DNA of 14,674 bases, from NCBI GenBank assembly GCA_030754595.1, contig JASLZZ010000008.1, forward strand, positions 1 to 14,674. The letters run 5' to 3'. A model generated the notes under the pieces. It was not told where the DNA came from. It was given only the letters and a program-made list of their open reading frames with translations, and searched no databases. Positions 8,119-14,674 of the stretch are shown here, in pieces; positions within the stretch are counted from its first letter, which is position 1; every line of letters begins with the position of its first letter. Source of the DNA: Nitrospinota bacterium (GTDB lineage: Bacteria; UBA8248). The translations under genes and the position numbers were made by a program.

Positions 8119-9123
8119 GTGGAGGTTCCGAGTCGACTGATATCCCCTTCCTTGATCTGGGCCGGGGTCGGCATTCTTGGTCTCGTGATCTGGCCCTTTC
8201 TCATCGGCCAGTACTGGTTGCAGATTACCATCGTCAGCGGCGTGTTCGTCATTCTGGCGGTGAGTTTGAACCTGATCATGGGGATCGCCGGGCAACTCTC
8301 CATCGCCCATGCGGCGTTTTACGGCATCGGAGCCTACACCTCCGCCCTCTTGACCCTCCGGCTCGGCCTTTCCTTTTGGGTGAGCTTGCCCTTGGCGATG
8401 GTGTTCACCGCTTTTCTAGGTTACCTGATCGCCATCCCCGCCTTGCGCTTGCGCGGGCACTACCTGGCGATCGTAACGTTGGGCTTCGGGGTACTCATCT
8501 ACCAAGTGCTCGAGCGCTGGGAGAGCATGACCCGGGGCGTCATGGCGCTCACGGGCATTCCGCGGCCCACTCCCTTCCTCGGGATCACCTTCAGAACGAA
8601 ACTTCCCTACTACTACCTGCTGTTGATCTTGATCGGAATCGTCGTGTTCGTCGTCCACCGGATCGTCAACTCCCGCGTGGGTTTGGCGTTGAAGTCCGTC
8701 CGGGAGGATGAGGTCTCCGCCCAGGCGCTGGGCGTCAACACCTATCACTACAAGGTCGCCGTCTTCGCCGTCGGAACCGCCTTGGCGGGAATCGCCGGAG
8801 GCTTCCACGCCCACTATCAGCGTGTGCTCGCGCCGGACGAATTCAGCTTTGTCGATTCGGTGCGCATCCTGATGATGGTAATCGTCGGCGGGATGGGCAG
8901 CGTTTCGGGCAGCATTCTCGGAGCGCTGGTCCTCATTTGGTTGCCCGAGATCCTCCGGGCCATGGGTGATTTTCGAGACCTGGTGTATGGGCTCGCCGTA
9001 ATCCTGATCGTCATCTTCATACCTGGCGGTCTGATGGAGATGTTTCGCCGCTCGGTCGCCTTCCTCCAGAGGCAGTTCGGCTTGTCGGCCTCGGGCGATG
9101 ATTCTGTGGTGAGGCGCGATTAG
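8119..9123 (+). CDS. livM: LivM-like ABC permease
   Basis: GTG at 8119 after AGGAGG. Motifs GQLSIAHAAFYGIGAY, LRLRGHYLAIVTLGF and VREDE. The symbol is family-level only. Confidence 0.9.
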   Translation: MEVPSRLISPSLIWAGVGILGLVIWPFLIGQYWLQITIVSGVFVILAVSLNLIMGIAGQLSIAHAAFYGIGAYTSALLTLRLGLSFWVSLPLAMVFTAFLGYLIAIPALRLRGHYLAIVTLGFGVLIYQVLERWESMTRGVMALTGIPRPTPFLGITFRTKLPYYYLLLILIGIVVFVVHRIVNSRVGLALKSVREDEVSAQALGVNTYHYKVAVFAVGTALAGIAGGFHAHYQRVLAPDEFSFVDSVRILMMVIVGGMGSVSGSILGALVLIWLPEILRAMGDFRDLVYGLAVILIVIFIPGGLMEMFRRSVAFLQRQFGLSASGDDSVVRRD

Positions 9124-9131
9124 GAGTTCTC

Positions 9132-9896
9132 ATGGGTTTTCTGGAGTGTCAGGGGTTGACGAAACGATTCGGCGGGCTTCACGCCGTGGACATGCTCGAT
9201 TTTCGCGTGGAGGAAGGAGAGATTTTGGGCCTCATCGGGCCCAACGGCGCCGGCAAGACCACTCTCTTCAACGTCATCACGGGGTCGTTGGTCCCCGAGG
9301 AGGGGAGGCTGACGTTTCAGTCACGCGACATCGTCGGCATGCAGCCCCACCAGATTGCGGAGATAGGCATCGGGCGCACGTTTCAGCAGGTCCGGCTGTT
9401 CGAGAATCTGAGCGTCTTGGAGAACGTCATGTTGGGCCGGCACTGCCGCACCCGGACGGGATTTCTGGGGGCCATCGTGCGCGGGGCGAAGGTGACCGTC
9501 GAGGAGCGCCAGACCCGCGAGCGGGCCGCGGAGTTGTTGGAATTCGTCGGCTTGAGCGGCCGCAAAAACGATTTGGCCAAGAACCTGCCTCACGGCCACC
9601 AGCGGTTCCTGGAGATCGCCCGGGCGATGGCGACCGATCCCCGTCTCTTGCTGATCGACGAGCCCACCTCTGGATTGAATGAGGCAGAAGGCCAAGTCGT
9701 CCTCTCCATGCTTCGCAAGATTCGGGAGGGCGGCGTCACATTGTTTGTTATTGAACATCACATGAAAGTGATCATGAACCTCGCAGACCGTATAGTGGTC
9801 CTGAACTACGGCTCGAAGATCTTCGAGGGCACGCCGGCGGAGACCCAGCAAAGTCCCGAGGTGATTTCTGCCTATCTGGGAGAAGAAATCGAGTGA
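9132..9896 (+). CDS. livG: LivG-like ABC ATPase
   Basis: Walker A GPNGAGKT, RTFQ, LPHGHQR, LLLIDEP, EHHM, terminal AYLG. Confidence 0.93.
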   Translation: MGFLECQGLTKRFGGLHAVDMLDFRVEEGEILGLIGPNGAGKTTLFNVITGSLVPEEGRLTFQSRDIVGMQPHQIAEIGIGRTFQQVRLFENLSVLENVMLGRHCRTRTGFLGAIVRGAKVTVEERQTRERAAELLEFVGLSGRKNDLAKNLPHGHQRFLEIARAMATDPRLLLIDEPTSGLNEAEGQVVLSMLRKIREGGVTLFVIEHHMKVIMNLADRIVVLNYGSKIFEGTPAETQQSPEVISAYLGEEIE

Positions 9897-10618
9897 TGCT
9901 CAAGCTAGATGGCGTGTCGTGTGGCTATGGCAACGTGCAGGTCTTGTGGGACATCAGCCTGGAGGTGCGGGATCGGGAGATCGTCACCATCATAGGACCC
10001 AATGGGGCGGGGAAGACGACCATTCTTCGCACCATCTCGGGCCTGATGAAGCCCTCCGCGGGGACCATCGAGTTTGATGGGAAAGTGATCAGCGGCGTTC
10101 CTGCCCATAAGATCGTCGATATGGGTATTTCTCAGATCCCCGGGGGCCGCAGGTTGTTCCCCTTGATGACCGTCATGGAGAACCTCGACCTGGGCGGGTA
10201 CAGGTGGCGCAAGACACCGACCTTCGACGAGGCCCTGGTGGAGGTCTTCCAGCTTTTCCCGAGACTGGAGGAGCGAAAGGACCAGCAAGCGGGCTCCCTC
10301 AGCGGAGGGGAGCAGCAAATGCTGGCCATCGGAAGGGGGCTCATGAGCCGGCCCAAATACCTCCTTCTCGACGAGCCCTCCCTGGGGCTCGCCCCATTGA
10401 TCATCAAGGAGATAGGGAACATTATCACGACGATACGCCAGCGCGGGACCACCATCCTCTTGGTGGAACAGAATGCGAATCTCGCCCTCAAGCTGTCCGA
10501 TCGGGGATATGTGCTGGAGACGGGCCGGATCGTGCTTCACGACGAGGGGAAGAACCTCCGGGACAACCCCATGGTCAAGAAATCGTATCTTGGGGAGAGC
10601 ACCGTGGAAGGGGCCTGA
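9893..10618 (+). CDS. livF: LivF-like ABC ATPase
   Basis: GTGA overlap with livG (or ATG 9896). GPNGAGKT, LSGGEQQM, LLDEPSLGLAP, VEQN. Confidence 0.93.
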   Translation: MMLKLDGVSCGYGNVQVLWDISLEVRDREIVTIIGPNGAGKTTILRTISGLMKPSAGTIEFDGKVISGVPAHKIVDMGISQIPGGRRLFPLMTVMENLDLGGYRWRKTPTFDEALVEVFQLFPRLEERKDQQAGSLSGGEQQMLAIGRGLMSRPKYLLLDEPSLGLAPLIIKEIGNIITTIRQRGTTILLVEQNANLALKLSDRGYVLETGRIVLHDEGKNLRDNPMVKKSYLGESTVEGA

Positions 10619-11175
10619 GTGACTCGGTGCCGGTTCAAGAGGGCTGTCATCGAGAGGCGCACGGGGTGATCGCGGAAAACTTGCTCTTGAGAAAGCGCGT
10701 CCCGGGATTTCGCTCCGGCACTGGTTTGGCCCTGGATTTTCCCTTCTCTTGAACCTGCGATTTCTCTTGGGTCGAGGACGACTTCTGGTTGTATTTCAAA
10801 TCATTCTTTCCAACCGAGGCTGGAGTTCAGAGGAGCGACCACGAAGGCAGGCGCCGGATTCCTCGCCTTTCGGCGACCAGATGGTGCCTTTCGGCATTCG
10901 GCCAGGTGGTTGGGAAATATTGGTGAAAAAGCGGAGAGAATGAGAACCAGATCGTTTTCAGACGGGAGAATGGAGATGGCAGAACAGCCATGGGGAGTTC
11001 CCTTGCGTCTTGGAAACCTCGAGAACTGGCGACGAAGACCAAAAGAAACCACTTGATTTTCGCGGTTGCCATTGCGCTGCGCGCCGTCCTGGAGGGCAGT
11101 TCGCTATTCGATTAATATAGTGAGTCCCCACTGCTTTGCTCAGAAGTCAATCGGGTCCCGGACCCGCCGGGGTGG

Positions 11176-11646
11176 CTAGGGATGGATCTGGAGCGTGAGG
11201 ATCGTCTCTACTGGGGCGTCGTAGGTAAGTTCGTTGATGTTGAGCGCCGCGCGCGCGTGTTTGCCCCTCTCGTCGCCGAACACCTCGACCAGGAAGTCGC
11301 TCTCCCCGTTGACAACCCAGGGCGCTTCCTTGAAGCCGGGCGCGCTGTTTACGTAACCGACGAGACGCACCATACGGACGATGCGGTCGAGGTCGCCCTC
11401 CAGGCAGTGCTTGGCCATGGCGAGGTGGTTGAGGCCGCAAAGGCGCGCCGACTGGTAGCCCTGCTCGACGGTGACTTCCGCCCCGAGCTTTCCCTTGATG
11501 GGAAGATCGCCGTTCACTTCACCGATGCAGCCCGAGAGATGGAGAATATCGCCCACGACCACGCCCGGGATGTAGTTCGCCACCGCCTCCGGCACGTGGG
11601 GCAGTTCAATTCCGAGTTCCTGCAACCTGTCGTCCACAACGCCCAT
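11176..11646 (-). CDS. Rid (YjgF/YER057c/UK114) family protein, long Rid1-like type (156 aa)
   Basis: ATG at 11646 with GAGGGAG RBS. Motifs RLQELGIELP, ANYIP, GKLGAEVT, VVNGESD and HAR (catalytic Arg)...PVE. Confidence 0.9.
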   Translation of the reverse strand: MGVVDDRLQELGIELPHVPEAVANYIPGVVVGDILHLSGCIGEVNGDLPIKGKLGAEVTVEQGYQSARLCGLNHLAMAKHCLEGDLDRIVRMVRLVGYVNSAPGFKEAPWVVNGESDFLVEVFGDERGKHARAALNINELTYDAPVETILTLQIHP

Positions 11647-11848
11647 GCCAATTCTCCCTCGATGGAGTGGTCCTGGAACACAGAGATCCCGGGCGCGCCG
11701 GCCCGACTCCGCCCAGTCGCAATGAAAACCGCGTTGCATGGAACATCCGTATTGACTATAAATCATTCACCGTCGGATGTCTTGAAGCGGCGCTCCTGGC
11801 GCGGACATCTGGCCCTCCCACCGTCCTCTTCTTCCATGGGGAGACCCG

Positions 11849-12367
11849 ATGGCAAAACGAATTGCTCTCTCCTTCTCGCGCGGCGGAACGCTCACGGCCG
11901 ATCTTTTCGAGGTCAAAGCCCCCCTCACCTGCGACCTCATCTCGCGCCAGCTTCCCGCCAAGGGCCCCGTCTTTCATGCGCGCTGGACGGGCAGGGAGTG
12001 CTTTCTTCCCGTCAAGCTCCAGGAAAAGCCCGACCGCGAGAACGCCCAGTTCGTCATTAGCCGCGGCGAGGTAATGTACTGGCGCGAGTTCGAGCGCGAC
12101 TACGGGCCACACGAGATGGTGGGCGCCGAGGTCATCGCTTTCTTCTATGGGCCCGAATACCTGCGGGGCGAGTGGCGCGGCTACGAGCGGGCGAACGTCT
12201 TCGCCCAGATTCCCCAGGCCGAGTGGGAGCTCATGGAGGAGATCGGAACCCGCGTTTGGCGCGAGGGCTCGGAGGAGATGGAGGTCCGCCTCATCCGGCC
12301 AGGCCGGCGCGCGGCGCCAATATCTTCCCGGAAGAAAGCGAGCCGCGCGCGGAGGAAGCCCGGGTGA
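11849..12367 (+). CDS. DUF3830-like (cyclophilin-like fold) protein
   Basis: GGGAG RBS. APLTC...LP...HARWTGRE...EN......GEV pattern recalled for DUF3830. Basic C-terminal tail. Confidence 0.75.
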   Translation: MAKRIALSFSRGGTLTADLFEVKAPLTCDLISRQLPAKGPVFHARWTGRECFLPVKLQEKPDRENAQFVISRGEVMYWREFERDYGPHEMVGAEVIAFFYGPEYLRGEWRGYERANVFAQIPQAEWELMEEIGTRVWREGSEEMEVRLIRPGRRAAPISSRKKASRARRKPG

Positions 12368-12459
12368 GCCGCTCTCTCCTCGTGGGGGCCGACATCGGAG
12401 GGACCTTCACCGATCTTGTCTTCCTCGATGAAGAAGGAACCCTCCAAACGCGCAAGGTG
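12364..12459 (+). pseudogene. Hydantoinase A / 5-oxoprolinase alpha-type gene, N-terminal ~32 codons only
   Basis: GTGA overlap with the upstream stop. VSRSLLVGADIGGTFTDLVFLDEEGTLQTRKV carries the DIGGTFTD signature. Family similarity ends at the IS end (12458). Confidence 0.85.
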
Positions 12460-12646
12460 TATGTCATCAGAACATTTTGGACAACAAGCGCTTATAACCA
12501 AGAGACACATGAGTTGTTTCCATGGCGGTTGGCCACCATGGTATTCAGATTCTCTTGTTTTCTCCTTTCGAGTGTTTCGCGTTTGATTTTTTATCGTGCT
12601 GAGAGGGCCGCTCAGTTTCGTAGGTGCGTTTCCCTAGGGATTCGTG
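12458..12646 (-). mobile_element. Decayed IS3-family right end with transposase OrfB C-terminal remnant
   Basis: Terminus TGTATGTCATCAGAACATTTTGGACAA at 12458 is 20/27 identical to the end at 145. The minus strand encodes HESLG (12646-12632) and, in another frame, LSAR*KIKRETLERRKQENL (internal stop 12593-12591). GC content drops here. Confidence 0.75.
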
Positions 12647-12756
12647 AAGGGTAGCATAGCCCCCGTCCCGGAGCCAATGCGGGCGGTTCGTCTGATGCGC
12701 AACCGCGGGGTGGTGGTGTTTTTGCGTTCTCGCGCCCTTCATCCATGGAGGAGATC

Positions 12757-13506
12757 ATGGCCGGAAACACACGGTTTCAGGGAGAGGTCGTCGTGGTCAC
12801 CGGAGGCTCTCGCGGCATTGGTCTCGGCACCGCCCGCGCCTTCGCCGAAGAGGGCGCGGCCGTCGCCGTAGGGGCTCGCGACGCTCAGGCGGCGGAGCGC
12901 GCCGCGGAGGAGATCGGAAGGGGCGCGATGGGCTTCGCCCTCGATGTGGCGGATGAGGCAAGCGTCGCGCACTTTTTCGCCCAGGTTCGCGAAACCCTCG
13001 GACCCGTGGACGTTCTGGTCAACAACGCGGGAGTCTGTCCCACAGTGGAATTTGAGGACATCCATTCAGACGAGTGGGACGCGGTGCTGGCCGTCAACCT
13101 GAAGGGGGTCTACCTCGCATCGCGGGAGGCGATGGAGGACTTCAAAAAGAGAAAGAAGGGAGCCATCGTGAACCTCGCCTCCATCGCCGGCCAGGTGGGC
13201 GGCTTGGTGGTGCCACCCCACTACGCCGCATCCAAGGCGGGCGTCCTGTGCCTGACCAAGTCGCTCGCGCGCTACCTCGCGTCCCATGGCGTGCGGGTGA
13301 ACGCGGTGGCGCCCGCCAACATCGAGACCGACATGACCGACGCCTGGCCGGAGGAGAAAAAGGAACTCATGCGCACCATGTGTCCATTTCACCGCTTTGG
13401 CCGGGTGGGCGAAACTACGCGCACCATTCTCTTCCTTGCTTCGGAGGAGGCGAGCTACATCACGGGAGAGACCATCAACGTGAACGGAGGCATTTTCATG
13501 GACTGA
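12757..13506 (+). CDS. Classical SDR, FabG-like (SDR5)
   Basis: ATG at 12757 after GGAGG (alternative 12745). TGGSRGIG, NNAG, S...YAASK, VNGG. Confidence 0.93.
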   Translation: MAGNTRFQGEVVVVTGGSRGIGLGTARAFAEEGAAVAVGARDAQAAERAAEEIGRGAMGFALDVADEASVAHFFAQVRETLGPVDVLVNNAGVCPTVEFEDIHSDEWDAVLAVNLKGVYLASREAMEDFKKRKKGAIVNLASIAGQVGGLVVPPHYAASKAGVLCLTKSLARYLASHGVRVNAVAPANIETDMTDAWPEEKKELMRTMCPFHRFGRVGETTRTILFLASEEASYITGETINVNGGIFMD

Positions 13507-13515
13507 GGCGCGGCC

Positions 13516-13896
13516 TCACCCTTCGATGCCGAGCCCCATGAGGGCACGGAGGCCATAGTGCAGGGTAGGCATCCCGCCGGCCACCGAAGCGGTCTCGAGG
13601 GCTTCCTGGATCTCCAGCTCGCTCGCCCCGTTTCGCATCGCGCGGCGCATGTGGATCTGGATCGCGTCCACCGGCGCCATGCGGAAGCAAAGCAGGGCAA
13701 TGTGGATTAGCTCGCGCGTCTTGGCCTGGAGCGCCTCGCCGCTGGCAAAGGTGACCGGCGCCATGTGGGAGTAGGCTTCAAAATAGGCCGGGTCGCGTTC
13801 TGCTCCCCATTCCCATTCGGCCAGCATGAAGCCGCGATCTCCGCGCATCCTATCTATGACGGCATGTGCACGCTCACGCCTCTTCTCTTCGTCCAT
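13516..13896 (-). CDS. Carboxymuconolactone decarboxylase / AhpD-like protein
   Basis: GGAAGGAGG RBS. LQAKTRELIHIAL...HMRRAMRNGASELEIQEAL...GG.P. No CxxC motif. Confidence 0.88.
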   Translation of the reverse strand: MDEEKRRERAHAVIDRMRGDRGFMLAEWEWGAERDPAYFEAYSHMAPVTFASGEALQAKTRELIHIALLCFRMAPVDAIQIHMRRAMRNGASELEIQEALETASVAGGMPTLHYGLRALMGLGIEG

Positions 13897-14140
13897 GCTT
13901 CCCTCCTTCCTCCGGCAGCCTTACAAAAGGCTTCGGGCAGCGATATACCGGATACATCTCGCATGAAGATCATGTCCTCTTTCGGGCCATCTTCTCACAT
14001 TTTCGATGGGTTTCCTGGCGTGGGGACGCACCATCCCACGGGTGGAGGAGGTCGAGAGTGACCGAAGGCCCAATCGCGTCTTGTCCAAATATTCGAACGA
14101 ACCTAAATGTCTTGTTTTTCGCAGATAACTGCCAGGCGAT

Positions 14141-14289
14141 TTCCCTGATAAGTCCCTGTTATTCCCTGTTCCGTATTTAGGGGAATATCTCTGAAACCCT
14201 TTATTGACAGGCGAATCCGGGCGATTTTGGCGAATTTCGGGCCCTGAAAATGGAAAAATTCCCTGTATTTTCCCTGTTAAACAGGGAAA
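14141..14289. repeat. Cluster of phased TCCCTG repeats ending in a perfect inverted repeat
   Basis: TCCCTG at 14142, 14153, 14163, 14260 and 14271. TTTCCCTGTT-A-AACAGGGAAA at 14269-14289. Confidence 0.85.
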
Positions 14290-14354
14290 TTAGCGGAGAA
14301 GGGTTCGCAGGGGACTGCATCCACCACCAAGAAAAACAATCACTTGCCATGATT

Positions 14355-14395
14355 ACCTTACATTTTAAAATTGTCGTGTAAGGTCAATGTAAGGT
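14355..14395. repeat. TGTAAGGT repeat trio (one inverted, two direct copies 11 bp apart)
   Basis: ACCTTACA at 14355-14362; TGTAAGGT at 14377-14384 and 14388-14395. Confidence 0.8.
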
Positions 14396-14498
14396 GAGTG
14401 GTGAAGATTGGGGCCACCAGGAATGGTAGCCTCTTTTATTTGTAGCCGCACCGGACAGATTGATGTGCCCTCCCACACAACACAGCCGCACGTTCTGG

Positions 14499-14535
14499 CC
14501 TGTGGGTGGCGAATTACTAATTCGCCATGCACAGG
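14499..14535. repeat. 37-bp imperfect palindrome containing copy 2 of the 25-bp dispersed repeat
   Basis: CCTGTGGGTGGCGAATTA-C-TAATTCGCCATGCACAGG has 18-bp arms with 16 Watson-Crick pairs. Confidence 0.85.
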
Positions 14536-14674
14536 GTCTTCACCGACGGGGAGGGCAACGTCGGTGAGGGCTCTAACATGAACATGGCCTTTGTCACCCG
14601 GGACGGGGTTTTGAAACACCCCCGTTTCGAGAATATCCTCTCGGGATGCACCGTGGTGCGCCTCCTGGAGTTGG
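14536..14674 (+). pseudogene. 5'-truncated class IV PLP aminotransferase (D-amino-acid transaminase/BCAT-like); runs off window
   Basis: Frame from 14536 reads VFTDGEGNVGEGSNMNMAFVTRDGVLKHPRFENILSGCTVVRLLEL, with the EGxxxN and ILxGxT PLP-binding motifs. An in-frame TAA lies at 14518-14520 and the N-terminal half is absent. Confidence 0.82.

Noticed and set aside
10853..10902. Hammerhead ribozyme, RNase P fragment or c-di-GMP riboswitch
   Set aside because: A three-way junction is present, but neither strand has the CUGANGA/GAAA core. GAGGAAUCCGG only loosely resembles RNase P, and GEMM consensus elements are absent.
10749..11116. Small ORFs in the livF-rid gap
   Set aside because: Short, atypical codon usage, mutually overlapping and no recognisable domain.
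841..12060. Long antisense or alternate-frame ORFs (e.g. 841..1626, 1575..2291, 2300..3379, 5869..7062, 9905..10540, 11182..12060)
   Set aside because: Shadow ORFs of real genes in high-GC DNA, with no recognisable motifs.
12545..12742. 65-aa ORF as an independent gene
   Set aside because: Chimeric frame crossing the decayed IS3 remnant. Only HESLG is transposase-like.
14293..14329. tRNA gene
   Set aside because: It has GGTTCG and a terminal CCA, but no T-stem closure, D-arm, anticodon arm or acceptor stem can be built.
14141..14395. CRISPR array
   Set aside because: Repeats are 6-10 nt with about 11-bp phasing. There are no 25-40 nt repeats with unique spacers and no cas genes.
13765..14619. 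ORFs 13765..14061, 13866..14180 and 14365..14619
   Set aside because: They overlap CMD or the aminotransferase fragment in antisense, or cross repeat-rich non-coding DNA, and show no motifs.

Overview
This is a GC-rich bacterial accessory metabolic region bracketed and scarred by mobile-element ends. The core is a divergent pair of operons. Leftward: an SDR and a cupin. Rightward: SDR, acetamidase/formamidase, 4-oxalocrotonate tautomerase-family protein, two more SDRs, a VOC/glyoxalase protein and a complete Liv-type (HAAT) ABC transporter. Next come a Rid-family gene and, divergently, a DUF3830-like gene coupled to a hydantoinase/oxoprolinase-A gene that is cut after about 32 codons by a decayed IS3-family right end. 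A fifth SDR and a convergent CMD/AhpD-like gene follow. The window starts inside an IS3-family element (left end at about 145). It ends with a recombination-site-like block (phased TCCCTG repeats, a tRNA-3'-like core, TGTAAGGT repeats) and a 37-bp palindrome that abuts a 5'-truncated class IV aminotransferase. Part of that palindrome recurs (24/25 nt) at 172-196, 14.3 kb away. No transcription regulator gene is visible. The pathway substrate cannot be determined from sequence. All family calls come from motif recognition by eye, not database searches.
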